NCBI GenBank assembly: GCA_026709025.1
Contig: JAPOTT010000029.1
Span: forward strand, 86,231-150,230
Length of the DNA: 64,000 nucleotides
From: a bacterium
GTDB taxonomy: Bacteria > Actinomycetota > Acidimicrobiia > Acidimicrobiales > Bin134
Reading direction: 5' to 3'
Of the stretch, positions 49,343 through 59,553 are shown piece by piece. The position numbers and the translations under genes are program-made. The stretch's first letter is position 1. The number at the start of each line of letters is the position of its first letter. The notes beneath the pieces were generated by a model. That model did not search any database, had not been told where the DNA came from, and saw only the letters and a program-made list of their open reading frames with translations.

Positions 49343-51744
49343 GCGTGTATGTAGCCCGTACTTGCACCGAAGTTGACTTTGCTGACAAGGGTTGTTCTAG
49401 TGCTCCTCTCAGCAGCTTTAGGGAGCAGTCTGGGTATGTGCTGTTAGGCGATCCCGGCTCAGGGAAGACCACCGAGTTCAAGCGAGAGCAGGCGGCGTTG
49501 GGTGATTCCGCAGTGTGTATAAGTGCCCGAGACTTCTGTACCTTCTCGGTAAGCTCTCACCCCGAGTGGCAAGGTAAGACTCTCTTTATCGACGGGCTTG
49601 ACGAGGTGCGGGCCGGAGCCACTGATATGCGCTCAGCTTTGGATAAGATACGCAGGCAGCTTGATCAGCTTGGTAAACCACGGTTTCGCCTATCGTGCCG
49701 AGAGGCCGACTGGTTGGGCAACAACGATCTCCAGAGCTTGAAGGCAGTTTCTCCCGATTCCCAGATAACCGTTCTGCGACTTGATCCCCTCAGCGAAGAC
49801 AACATAGCCAAGCTGCTTAGACAGCATCATGGTTTGAGTGATGCATCAAGTTTTATGGATGAGGCTGAACAGCGAGGACTGATCGGGCTGCTCGGCAATC
49901 CGCAGACGCTGGTATTGCTGCTTGACGTGGTGGCACAAGAGGGACACTGGCCAGAAAGTCGCTTAGAGACGTTTGAGAGGGCTTGCCAGCAAATGGCCGT
50001 AGAACAAAACGAAGAGCATTGCATTGGCTCAGGAGTCTCGTCAGAAGATGCGGTATTGGATGCTGCTGGTTACCTGTGCGTGGTGTATCTGCTTGCCGAT
50101 GTTGCAGGATTTTCGTCTGCTCCTAATGCTGATAATCACCTAACGACTCCGATCCACTCCCTACAAGAGCTGCCCAACCTGCCAAGTAGAGAACACATGG
50201 AGCGTGTACTTAAAACAAGGCTGTTCGTTGCTCAAGACGAACACGGCCACAGCCCGGTCCACCGCCATTTAGCTGAGTTTCTAGCTGGCCGTTATCTCGC
50301 CAAGTTGATTGGTGATGGTTTATCAGCCACAAGGATAGTTGCACTGTTAACCAGACCAGAGGATGAGCGAGTTGTCACCACCTTACGAGGTCTTTCTGCA
50401 TGGCTTGCGGCTTGTTCGCCTCGTGCGCGGCAGTTATTGATAGATGCCGACCCTGTTGGGGTTGGTTTGTATGGCGACATCGGCAATTTCTCAGCCGAAG
50501 AGAAGAAGCGCTTGCTGGAATCGCTAGGTCAGTTTGCAGCAAGCGGGCCATTGCTGGGCTACGAACAGCGTGATGGGCAGTTTGTTGGCTTCCGGGATTC
50601 CACGGCTTGGGCTTTTCGATCCCTCATATCTAAAGATACAGCACCTGCCGTCAAGGAGTTGTTGTGTATCTTAGATCAGGGGGCCAAAAACAACCGAATA
50701 GCCGACTTTATCTTGACGTTGCTTAAGTCTGTAGAGAAGGAAACTTTGCAGTTATTTGACGACATCGGTACAGGCATTGAGACAATTGTCCGCAACCCGA
50801 AGCAATCTTCTATGTCTCGTTGCCTAGCGTTGGATGTTTGCATTCGTTTAGTAATTGAATGTGATATTGGGGCTGCTTGTTTGCTTCAGCTTTTGGGCGA
50901 TATATGTGCTGGTACGGTGTCCGACCCCGAGGATGATTTACGTGGCACCCTCTTGCAATACCTGTACCCAGCGCAGATACATCCATCAAAGATATGGGAT
51001 TATATTTTACCATGCAATCAGCGCTACTACTCGGGTCGTTTTTCTAAGTTTTGGCGTTCTCAGATTCTTGAACAATCTGAAGCCGGTCATCTGGCGGAGT
51101 TACTCGACTCGCTCAGTGAAGACAATTCAAAGATTATTTTGGCTTTAGAGCAGGCTGGTTTCAGAGACTTGCCTTTTGAGCTACTGTGCCAGGGTTTAGA
51201 GGCTTGGGGAGATAAAATAGAGCCGTCACGTCTATATAACTGGCTAGATGCTCCGAAACGTTCCCAAAACCCTAGATATCTACAAGAGCTGCGGTATGAA
51301 AACGATAGTCCAGCATGGCGGATTAAAAAGTGGCTGGAAGCTCATCCTAACATTCAGAAATTAGTTTTCTTAGCATGGATCAGGCGGCACAAGAGCGATA
51401 CCCGTAGAGTCAATTACGATCCTCAACTTTGCAATGCCTTGCACTGGAGTAAGCCTGCGGGTGACTTCGGTGTTTGGTGCCTTAGCACTGCGCTTCAGTT
51501 GGCAGATTCCGAACAGTCTACCGCAGATGCGCTGCTGTTGCTGGCTTACCGTTCTCTGCAAGACCCTGCCATTAGTGAAGAGCTCACGATTGAGCGCCTA
51601 CAACGTCAAACAAAAGGTAACACCAGGCTAGCCGCGCTGCTTGAGAGCCTTTGTAAGCCTTCGCTTCCACGAAAAGAAGAACTGGAGTGGCAGCAAGAGG
51701 AGCAGAAGCGTATAGAAGATTATGAAGCAAAAAGGCGTAAATAG
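49339..51744 (+). CDS. NACHT/STAND-type NTPase with a helical C-terminal region. It ends at an in-frame TAG and the reading frame continues.
   Basis: Walker A LGDPGSGKTTE, Walker B LFIDGLDEV, then RLSCRE, GNPQTLVLL and the NACHT-like HRHLAEFLAGRYLA motif. Confidence 0.75.
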   Translation: MSVYVARTCTEVDFADKGCSSAPLSSFREQSGYVLLGDPGSGKTTEFKREQAALGDSAVCISARDFCTFSVSSHPEWQGKTLFIDGLDEVRAGATDMRSALDKIRRQLDQLGKPRFRLSCREADWLGNNDLQSLKAVSPDSQITVLRLDPLSEDNIAKLLRQHHGLSDASSFMDEAEQRGLIGLLGNPQTLVLLLDVVAQEGHWPESRLETFERACQQMAVEQNEEHCIGSGVSSEDAVLDAAGYLCVVYLLADVAGFSSAPNADNHLTTPIHSLQELPNLPSREHMERVLKTRLFVAQDEHGHSPVHRHLAEFLAGRYLAKLIGDGLSATRIVALLTRPEDERVVTTLRGLSAWLAACSPRARQLLIDADPVGVGLYGDIGNFSAEEKKRLLESLGQFAASGPLLGYEQRDGQFVGFRDSTAWAFRSLISKDTAPAVKELLCILDQGAKNNRIADFILTLLKSVEKETLQLFDDIGTGIETIVRNPKQSSMSRCLALDVCIRLVIECDIGAACLLQLLGDICAGTVSDPEDDLRGTLLQYLYPAQIHPSKIWDYILPCNQRYYSGRFSKFWRSQILEQSEAGHLAELLDSLSEDNSKIILALEQAGFRDLPFELLCQGLEAWGDKIEPSRLYNWLDAPKRSQNPRYLQELRYENDSPAWRIKKWLEAHPNIQKLVFLAWIRRHKSDTRRVNYDPQLCNALHWSKPAGDFGVWCLSTALQLADSEQSTADALLLLAYRSLQDPAISEELTIERLQRQTKGNTRLAALLESLCKPSLPRKEELEWQQEEQKRIEDYEAKRRK

Positions 51745-51762
51745 CAGTCTGAATGGGCAGAG

Positions 51763-52461
51763 TTGGTGGGGGGACACCGCGCAGATTTGGAGGAAAATCG
51801 GGCCGCTCCTAACTTGCTGCACAATCTGGCTATGGCTTATTTCGCTTTTATTGTTGAAGTGGATCAACGTGCCAGCCCGCAAGAACGTATCAGCCAATTC
51901 TTAGGTGACGATGTCGAGTTGACCGGCGTGGTGCTCACCGCTCTGCGTGAAGCAGCTTTCCGAGATGATCTGCCTGAGGTGGATAGCACAATCTCGCATC
52001 GCGCAGGGCTCAGGGATTTCATCGGTACTCATAACGAAAGATCCAGGCATCTAGCTGAGATGCTACGAGGCTGCGCCTACAACCAATCGTGGGGGCCTTC
52101 AATAATGGGCCAGTGCTCAGATGCAGCCCTTTTGTGCGATGTGATACAGATGCTAGGCAGTCTCTATGGGCCGCTGTTCCCAGCTGGGCGTGTAACTTTG
52201 GAAGTAGATGCCTCAGATCGCATCGCCAGCATGATCTCCCTGCTTGCTGCAATGCCTAGCGAAGCTGCCCAAGAGTCGTTGACTGACTTGTCCAGCGATC
52301 CGCAGCTAACTTCATGGCACAAGCACATCCAGCATGCAAGCGAAAGCCAGAGAGTTCTCTTAGGAGATGCCTCCTATATAACCCTAAGCACAGAGCAAGT
52401 CCAAAACACCCTCAGCAACCAAAACCCCGCCAACGTATGTGCGGTATTTACAGGGTATTAG
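51763..52461 (+). pseudogene. Continuation of the STAND NTPase reading frame after the TAG at 51742-51744
   Basis: It is in the same frame as 49339-51744 and only 6 sense codons separate the TAG from the track start. There is no independent RBS or ATG (TTG start in the track). Confidence 0.55.
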
Positions 52462-52486
52462 ACATGGTTAACTATAAGTAGAACAG

Positions 52487-54121
52487 CTAGCGGATGGTGA
52501 CTGGGGTGGATACTTGGGTGAAGAAGTCGTTGCCTTTGTTGTCGGTAACTATGAAGGCAGGGAAGTTTTCAACCTCGATGCGGAATACCGCTTCCATGCC
52601 CAACTCTGGGTACTCCAGCACCTCCACCTTGCGTATGGAGTCTTTGGCTAGACGGGCGGCGGGGCCGCCGATGGAACCGAGGTAGAATCCGCCATGGCGG
52701 GCACATGCTTCTGCCACTTGGCGGGAGCGGTTGCCCTTGGCCAGCATCACTAGGCTCCCGCCTGCTGCTTGGAACTGATCTACATAGGCATCCATGCGCC
52801 CCGCAGTGGTTGGGCCAAAGGAGCCAGAGGCGTAGCCTTCGGGGGTCTTGGCGGGCCCGGCGTAGTACACAGGGTGGTTGCACAGGTACCGGGGCATGGG
52901 TTCCCCCGCATCTAGACGTTCTTTGATCTTGGCATGGGCGATGTCTCGGGCCACCACCAAGGTGCCACTCAGCGACAGCCGAGTTTTCACTGGCCACCTA
53001 GCAAGCTCCGCGCATATCTCAGCCATGGGTTGATTTAAGTCGATGCAGACAACCTCGCCACCCAACTCGTTATCGGTTATCTCAGGCAAAAAGCGGGCCG
53101 GGTCGGTTTCTAGCTGCTCTAAGAAAACCCCCTCGGCTGTGATCTTGCCCAGCACTTGGCGGTCGGCAGAGCACGACACCGCTACCCCCACCGGACACGA
53201 AGCCCCGTGGCGAGGCAACCGGATTACCCGCACATCATGACAGAAGTACTTGCCCCCAAACTGCGCCCCGATCCCAAACTGGCGGGTCAACTCTAAGATG
53301 CGCTCCTCCCACTCTAAGTCTCTGTACCCGTGTCCGGCAGCCGAGCCTTGCGTGGGTAGCGTGTCTAGATAGCGGGCCGAGGCGTACTTGGCTACCTTCA
53401 AGGTGTACTCCGCAGACGTGCCGCCAATTACCACTGCAAGGTGATAAGGCGGGCAGGCGGCGGTGCCTAAGGTACGCAGCTTTTGATCCATAAACCTGCT
53501 GAGCGATTCGGGGTTCAACAACGCCTTAGTCTCTTGGAACAAGAACGACTTGTTGGCCGAGCCTCCGCCTTTGGCCATGAACAAAAACGAGTAGACATCC
53601 CCCGGCGTGGCATATATTTCTATCTGCGCTGGCAGGTTGTTGGCGGTGTTGCGCTCGCTAAACATAGATAGCGGCGCAAGCTGCGAATAGCGCAGGTTGG
53701 AGGTTTGATAGGTGTCAAACACGCCTTGGGCAATGGCTTGTTCATCATCGGCATCGGTAAGCACCCTCTGGCCTTTGTGGCCCACCACCACTGCGGTGCC
53801 GGTATCTTGGCAGCCCGGCAGCACCCCTCCAGCGGCGATGTTTGCGTTGCGTAACAGTTCGGTGGCTACGAAGCGGTCGTTAGCCGATGCCTCTGGGTCT
53901 TCCAAGATGGCCGCTAGTTGCGCTAGGTGCCCCGAGCGCAGCAGGTGGGCGATGTCACGCATGGCTTCGGCGGTGAGAAGTCTTAGTGCCTCGGGGTGAA
54001 CCTGAAGGAACTGGCGATTTCCCAGCTCCACAACAGACACATAGTCAGATGTTAACAGGCGGTACTCGGTGGTGGTGTCGGGCCCTTTGGGGAGCAGTTC
54101 GGTGTAGGCGAAATCAGCCAT
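52487..54121 (-). CDS. Class I (Fe-S) fumarate hydratase
   Basis: 544 aa. Motifs [38 protein letters not shown] and GPTTAGRMD. Confidence 0.9.
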   Translation of the reverse strand: MADFAYTELLPKGPDTTTEYRLLTSDYVSVVELGNRQFLQVHPEALRLLTAEAMRDIAHLLRSGHLAQLAAILEDPEASANDRFVATELLRNANIAAGGVLPGCQDTGTAVVVGHKGQRVLTDADDEQAIAQGVFDTYQTSNLRYSQLAPLSMFSERNTANNLPAQIEIYATPGDVYSFLFMAKGGGSANKSFLFQETKALLNPESLSRFMDQKLRTLGTAACPPYHLAVVIGGTSAEYTLKVAKYASARYLDTLPTQGSAAGHGYRDLEWEERILELTRQFGIGAQFGGKYFCHDVRVIRLPRHGASCPVGVAVSCSADRQVLGKITAEGVFLEQLETDPARFLPEITDNELGGEVVCIDLNQPMAEICAELARWPVKTRLSLSGTLVVARDIAHAKIKERLDAGEPMPRYLCNHPVYYAGPAKTPEGYASGSFGPTTAGRMDAYVDQFQAAGGSLVMLAKGNRSRQVAEACARHGGFYLGSIGGPAARLAKDSIRKVEVLEYPELGMEAVFRIEVENFPAFIVTDNKGNDFFTQVSTPVTIR

Positions 54122-54198
54122 AGGTTCGCCGCGCCGGGGTAAACAAGGTGAACAAACTCGCCGAAGGCACCAGGATCAGCAAGCTCAACAAAGGCATC

Positions 54199-54750
54199 TC
54201 AGCCCAGTGCTGCGGTGCCAGCAAACTTGGGTGGGTCGCCATCGCCGGGCAACATAGGGGAATGCCAGCTCATGGCCGTGGCAAGTTGTTTGGTGAAGTC
54301 CCACCACTCGGTGGGGTTCCAGCCCTGAGCTTGAGCCCGCACCTGAAGTTGATGATCTAAATGAACGATGGCGGGCAACGCCTGCAACCCTAAAGCCCGC
54401 ACCACAGAGCGGTCTTGGTCGGCAAAGGTGAGCATCTCAGTTGCCCACGGTCCCAGAAACTCTTGGGCCTCTTTGGGAGTGCCAGTTACCAGATACGAAA
54501 CCCTACAGTCGGCCCCCACAAAGTTGCGTAGCACTCGCCCAGATGTATCAATGATCCAAGAACTCTCGTGTGTGTAGGGGTCTAGCACCACCATCACTAG
54601 GTGAAAGGTGGTTACCCAATCGCCGATGGGACGGGCCTCGCCACCGATGGGAGCGAGCAACACATCGGCATCCACGAAAATGGGCGCAGCATCTGTGGTT
54701 GCAGGCTGAGCGTTTGTAGGTTCAACATCGGTAAGGTTTGCCATCAACAA
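54199..54750 (-). CDS. Hypothetical protein
   Basis: 183-aa ORF with backbone-like codon usage. I recognise no motif. Confidence 0.5.
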   Translation of the reverse strand: MLMANLTDVEPTNAQPATTDAAPIFVDADVLLAPIGGEARPIGDWVTTFHLVMVVLDPYTHESSWIIDTSGRVLRNFVGADCRVSYLVTGTPKEAQEFLGPWATEMLTFADQDRSVVRALGLQALPAIVHLDHQLQVRAQAQGWNPTEWWDFTKQLATAMSWHSPMLPGDGDPPKFAGTAALG

Positions 54751-54787
54751 AAGAAGTTACCCTAACCCGATGGCGTAACCTTGTGTC

Positions 54788-55738
54788 GTGCATCCCTTTG
54801 AGCATTTGAGATATGTGGCCCGGTCTGCGGGGGTCAGCCAAAAGGCCCTGTTTTATGAGGCTGCTGAGGCGCTTTTAGGTTTTGGAAATGATCCCGCTGG
54901 CTTAGTTACCTCTTGTCGGCGGTTGTTGGCGCGACAGCCCGACTCTGCGCCGTTGGTATGGCTAGCTGCTAGGGCATTGTCATCAACTAACCCCATAGAT
55001 GAGATCAGAGATTGCGTTGAAGAAATGGCCGATGATCAAACGCCTAAGGTGCTAGCTAGCGAGCTTCCCGAAGATGTGGTGGCAAGCGTGTTGGGCTGGT
55101 CGGAGTTGGCGGCAGGGGGCCTACGAAGGCGAGGTGACATACAGGTGCTGGTGGTGGACGTGCTAGGCGAAGCCAGCGATATGGTGCGGCGGCTGTCGGA
55201 TACACGAAATGGCTCAGGCAAACGCTCAGCATCACACGCTGCCAACACACACTCTGGCATCTTTGAGGTGCCTGAGGCTGGTTTGGGGGCAGCCGTAGCA
55301 TCATGCGATTTGGTGTTGTTGGAATCTGCCGCGGTGGGGCCTCATGGGTGCTTGGCCGTGGCTGGATCTTTGGCGGCTGCATCGGTAGCTCACACCTCAG
55401 GGGTTCCGGTTTGGCTGCTGGCAGGTGTGGGGGCGGTTTTGCCTGAGCCTATGTGGGCATCGCTGTTGCAACGCACTACGGGGGCTACAGCACGCACGAC
55501 GGAGGCTACAGCACGAGGCAACACTAGGCCCAGCACCACCGGTGTCCACAAAAGGGCCAGCATGATCCATGTGTGGGAGGCTGAGGTTGAACAGGTGCCC
55601 TTGCGGTTGGTGGATCAGCTTGTAACCGCTGCTGGAATGCTTCACCCCACTCAGGTAGCAACTGCAGGAAGCTGTCCTGTGGTACCGGAGTTGTTGGTTC
55701 GTTCACCAGCCCCTCAGCAGATAACCTCAAGCGGATAA
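54788..55738 (+). CDS. Hypothetical protein
   Basis: 316-aa ORF with a GTG start and backbone-like composition. I recognise no motif. Confidence 0.5.
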   Translation: MHPFEHLRYVARSAGVSQKALFYEAAEALLGFGNDPAGLVTSCRRLLARQPDSAPLVWLAARALSSTNPIDEIRDCVEEMADDQTPKVLASELPEDVVASVLGWSELAAGGLRRRGDIQVLVVDVLGEASDMVRRLSDTRNGSGKRSASHAANTHSGIFEVPEAGLGAAVASCDLVLLESAAVGPHGCLAVAGSLAAASVAHTSGVPVWLLAGVGAVLPEPMWASLLQRTTGATARTTEATARGNTRPSTTGVHKRASMIHVWEAEVEQVPLRLVDQLVTAAGMLHPTQVATAGSCPVVPELLVRSPAPQQITSSG

Positions 55739-55761
55739 CCTCAGCAGATAATTAACTAGCT

Positions 55762-56313
55762 ATGCCCATATATGCCTTAGGCGACACCCAACCCAGCATT
55801 CACCCGGATGCCTTTATTCACCCTCAAGCGGTGCTCATAGGCAAGGTTACCGTGGGCGCAGAGTCCAGCGTTTGGCCGGGGGCTGTGCTGCGGGGAGACG
55901 GTGCGGGCATTGTCATCGGCCAACGCAGTTCCATCCAAGATAATGCCGTGTTGCACAACACCATGTCGTCTGTCACACAGGTGGGCAACGATGTCACGAT
56001 AGGCCACCTAGCGCACCTAGAAGGCTGCATTATTGAAGACGAAGCCCTCATCGGGGTGGGCTCGGTGGTGCTGCCCAAAGCAGTGGTTGGCAAGGGGGCA
56101 TTGGTGGCAGCTTGCGCTGTGGTAACAAACGCTATGGAGGTTCCGCCGCTGGCTCTAGCACTAGGTATACCTGCCAAAATACGCGAGAACCACCTAGAAG
56201 AGGGGCAGAACATATTTAGTGCTAGCAGTTACGCAATCCGCAGTCGCATGTACCGCAAGAAGATGAAAGAGTTAGATCCCAAAGACCTCGGCATTTGGCA
56301 CCCAGGCAGCTAG
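55762..56313 (+). CDS. Gamma-carbonic-anhydrase-like / hexapeptide-repeat protein
   Basis: The N-terminus MPIYALGDTQPSIHPDAFIHPQAVLIGKVTVG is typical of the YrdA/PaaY family. Left-handed beta-helix hexapeptide periodicity. Confidence 0.8.
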   Translation: MPIYALGDTQPSIHPDAFIHPQAVLIGKVTVGAESSVWPGAVLRGDGAGIVIGQRSSIQDNAVLHNTMSSVTQVGNDVTIGHLAHLEGCIIEDEALIGVGSVVLPKAVVGKGALVAACAVVTNAMEVPPLALALGIPAKIRENHLEEGQNIFSASSYAIRSRMYRKKMKELDPKDLGIWHPGS

Positions 56314-56411
56314 CTCAGATATTCACCCCATCAGCAGCAAATAAGTAGTAAATGGCTTGGGGGCCGGTAGGATATCTCCAACCACGTCACGCCCACCGTT
56401 AGGATTCGGAT

Positions 56412-57815
56412 ATGTCGTCGGAAGCACTTGCTCTAGATCTTGGCCGATACAAGCTCGGCTGGAGCGATGAGGAGGATTACGTTTTCAAGCCCAAAAAAGG
56501 GCTAAACACAGACATCGTGAATGAGATGTCTTGGATGAAGAGCGAACCCGATTGGATGCGGGATTTTCGCCTCAAGTCGCTCAACCGTTTCGAAAAAAGG
56601 CCGATGCCCTCATGGGGCGGGGACATGTCGGAGATCGATTTCAACAACATCTACTACTACATCAAGCCCACTGAGGAGCAGGTGGATCAGTGGGAGGAGT
56701 TGCCCGATGCCATCAAAGACACCTACGAGAAGCTAGGCATACCCGAGGCAGAGCGCAAGTACCTAGCCGGGGTAACAGCTCAGTATGAGTCTGAGGTGGT
56801 GTTCCATCGCAACAGGGAAGATTTAGAGCGCCAAGGCGTGTTGTTCTGCGACATGGATACTGCCTTGCGTGAGTATCCCGAGTTAGTGCAAGAACACTTT
56901 GGCACCATCATCCCGCCCGGAGACAACAAGTTTGCGGCTTTGAACTCGGCAGTATGGTCGGGCGGCAGCTTTATATATGTTCCGCCCGGTGTAACGGTAG
57001 AGATGCCTCTTCAAGCTTACTTCAGGATCAATGCCGAGAACATGGGGCAGTTTGAGCGAACTCTCATCATTGCCGACGAGGGCTCACAGGTGCATTACAT
57101 AGAGGGCTGTTCGGCGCCGGTTTATACCACAGATTCGCTTCACTCGGCGGTGGTGGAGATCTTGGTAAAGGAGTCTGCCCGGGTAACCTACACAACCATT
57201 CAAAACTGGTCTAACAACGTGTACAACTTGGTTACCAAACGGGCCAAGGTGGAAGCCGAAGGCCACATGGAGTGGATAGACGGCAACATCGGCTCACGGC
57301 TCACCATGAAGTACCCGGCGGTGGTGATGGTGGGCCCTAAGGCTTCGGGAGAGGTGTTATCGGTGGCATACGCCGGGCCCGATCAGCATCAAGATGCTGG
57401 TGCCAAGATGACACACGCAGCCCCCGAGACAACCTCCAAGATCGTGTCTAAGTCTATTTCTAATGGTGGCGGACGCACCAGTTACCGTGGCCTAGTACGG
57501 GTAGAAGATGATGCTTACGGTTGTCGCAGCCATGTACAGTGCGATGCGCTCATCTTGGATGAAAACAGCGTTTCGGATACTTACCCCTACATGGAGGTAG
57601 GCACCCGCGATGCCGAGATAGGCCACGAGGCCACTGTGTCTAAGGTGGCCGATGAGCAGCTTTTTTACTTGATGAGCCGGGGTCTTACTCAAGAACAGGC
57701 CATGGGCATGATTGTTAACGGTTTCATTGAGCCGATAACCCGCACCCTGCCGATGGAGTATGCCGTAGAGTGGAGCCGCTTGATTGAGCTGCAAATGGAG
57801 GGATCAGTCGGCTGA
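56412..57815 (+). CDS. sufB: Fe-S cluster assembly protein SufB
   Basis: 467 aa. Motifs include FYLMSRGL and GHEATVSK. Confidence 0.93.
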   Translation: MSSEALALDLGRYKLGWSDEEDYVFKPKKGLNTDIVNEMSWMKSEPDWMRDFRLKSLNRFEKRPMPSWGGDMSEIDFNNIYYYIKPTEEQVDQWEELPDAIKDTYEKLGIPEAERKYLAGVTAQYESEVVFHRNREDLERQGVLFCDMDTALREYPELVQEHFGTIIPPGDNKFAALNSAVWSGGSFIYVPPGVTVEMPLQAYFRINAENMGQFERTLIIADEGSQVHYIEGCSAPVYTTDSLHSAVVEILVKESARVTYTTIQNWSNNVYNLVTKRAKVEAEGHMEWIDGNIGSRLTMKYPAVVMVGPKASGEVLSVAYAGPDQHQDAGAKMTHAAPETTSKIVSKSISNGGGRTSYRGLVRVEDDAYGCRSHVQCDALILDENSVSDTYPYMEVGTRDAEIGHEATVSKVADEQLFYLMSRGLTQEQAMGMIVNGFIEPITRTLPMEYAVEWSRLIELQMEGSVG

Positions 57816-58210
57816 TGCCAATGCGGCAAGACTGTAAGTACTTTGAGAGTCGGTCGTATCCCAACGGGGAGACCGTGCGTAAGTGCGACTTAGATTTAGC
57901 CCCCGAGGCTCCTTGGCGTTGCCCTACCGATTGCGCTGGCTATGAGCGGCGGATGGTGGATGTGAACTGGTCGCACGGCACTTTGGTAACCCCACCCACC
58001 CCCAAAGAACCAGCCAGCGTAGGCACAGACGACAGCATCGGTGCGTTGTTAGATGCTGCTGAAGATATCGTGAACGAGGCTGGTCCACGTGTGCTAGCAG
58101 ACCTAGAGCGAGAGAAGGTCCGGCGCAGGTTGCGTGGAGCGTCCGGCAGGAGTGGCGGCGGAACCGGTGGAGGTAAAACCAAACGGCGCTGGCGGCGTAA
58201 GCGTTCGTGA
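57815..58210 (+). CDS. Small Cys4 protein with a strongly basic C-terminal tail, nested between sufB and sufD
   Basis: 131 aa with Cys7, Cys24, Cys36 and Cys40. The tail is RRRLRGASGRSGGGTGGGKTKRRWRRKRS. It is coupled at both ends (TGATG with the sufB stop, GTGA with the sufD start). Confidence 0.6.
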   Translation: MPMRQDCKYFESRSYPNGETVRKCDLDLAPEAPWRCPTDCAGYERRMVDVNWSHGTLVTPPTPKEPASVGTDDSIGALLDAAEDIVNEAGPRVLADLEREKVRRRLRGASGRSGGGTGGGKTKRRWRRKRS

Positions 58211-59547
58211 TCCCACCTCAGTTTGGTCCCGAGGCGGCCGGTGCTTTGGCTGGCCCACAGTGGTTGGTGTCTCGTCGCATTGCTGCAGCCGAACAGGCAG
58301 CGGCGGGTTCTATGCCAACAGCACAAGAAGAGGTGTGGCGCTACACCCCGATTGGCCAGCTTGATCTATCCCGTTACACGCTGGGGCTACAAGCTGGGGC
58401 ACCTTCTCCAGTTTCTGGTTCGGCCCAGAGCACATTGTCAACACCGCCACACAGCGCACCTCCTGCCATTGTGGTAGATACCAGCAACGGGCATTTGTGC
58501 GGCGTGCAGTTTCCAAGCGAGGCCGCTAACGGCGTGAGCCCCCTGCACCACCCCAACAACGCCCAGCCCACCACAGGTGCCCAGCCCACCACAGGGGTGC
58601 AGGTGCGGGTTCTAGGTGAAGGCGATGCGGATTTAGCAGCCAGCGTAGATGTAGATCTGTTTGCTCAGATGAACGCAGCCTTTAGCGTGGAGCCGCTGTT
58701 GGTGAAGGTACCCGCAGGTACAGATGTGGCCGCCACTGTGTTGGTGCGTCACTGGATTGATGCTGATGGGGTTGCGGTGTTTCCACGGTTGATCATCGAT
58801 GCTGGCCCCGATTCCTCGGTGCAGGTACTAGAGATGTACAGCTCTAGTGATGTGAATGCCTTTGTGAGTCCGGTGGTAGAAATCCGAGCAGCTGCGGCTT
58901 CTCGGGTGGGCTACCTAGCGGTGCAGGATTTGGGCCCTAAGGTGTGGCACATCGGGTCGCAGGTTTGCCATGTTGGGTCGCAAGCTCACCTGCGGGCTTC
59001 CACAGCCGCATTGGGAGGCGACTACGCCCGCACGCGTCTAGACACTCACCTGTCGGGGCGTGGGGCTACTGGCGATCTGATTTCGCTCTACTATGGAGAC
59101 GGACAACAAACCTTAGACTTTCGCACCTTTCAAGATCACGCCGCCCCAGACACATCAAGCAGTTTGTTGTTCAAAGGTGCAGTGGACGATTCTTCAAGGT
59201 CGGTGTATACCGGCATGATCAGGGTGCGGCCCGATGCCCGCGGCACTAACGCACATCAAACTAACCGTAATATTAAGCTCACCGATGATGCTTGGGCAGA
59301 GTCTGTGCCCAATTTAGAGATCGAAAACAACGAGGTGCAATGCAGCCACGCTTCAGCCGTGGGGCCCATCGATAAAGATCAACTCTTTTATCTCCAGAGC
59401 CGTGGCGTGCCCACGAACACCGCCAAGCGGCTCATAGTTAGCGGCTTTTTTGGCGAGGTGTTGGAGCAGTTTCCAGTATCAGAAGCTGTGCCCGCTGTTC
59501 GCACGCGCTTAGAAGCCAAGATTTCAGGATTGAACCAACATGAGTAA
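58207..59547 (+). CDS. sufD: Fe-S cluster assembly protein SufD
   Basis: C-terminal SufBD beta-helix with LFYLQSRGV. 446 aa. Confidence 0.88.
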   Translation: MIPPQFGPEAAGALAGPQWLVSRRIAAAEQAAAGSMPTAQEEVWRYTPIGQLDLSRYTLGLQAGAPSPVSGSAQSTLSTPPHSAPPAIVVDTSNGHLCGVQFPSEAANGVSPLHHPNNAQPTTGAQPTTGVQVRVLGEGDADLAASVDVDLFAQMNAAFSVEPLLVKVPAGTDVAATVLVRHWIDADGVAVFPRLIIDAGPDSSVQVLEMYSSSDVNAFVSPVVEIRAAAASRVGYLAVQDLGPKVWHIGSQVCHVGSQAHLRASTAALGGDYARTRLDTHLSGRGATGDLISLYYGDGQQTLDFRTFQDHAAPDTSSSLLFKGAVDDSSRSVYTGMIRVRPDARGTNAHQTNRNIKLTDDAWAESVPNLEIENNEVQCSHASAVGPIDKDQLFYLQSRGVPTNTAKRLIVSGFFGEVLEQFPVSEAVPAVRTRLEAKISGLNQHE

Positions 59548-59553
59548 TACCCC

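Noticed and set aside
25088-51744. Stop-codon reassignment or programmed recoding (for example pyrrolysine at TAG) as an explanation for the two in-frame stops
   Set aside because: TAG and TAA terminate conserved genes at their expected lengths in this same window: ispE ends in TAG at 6505-6507 and mazG ends in TAA at 13723-13725. No pyl genes or recoding signals were seen. Simple nonsense mutation is more parsimonious, although readthrough cannot be excluded from sequence alone.
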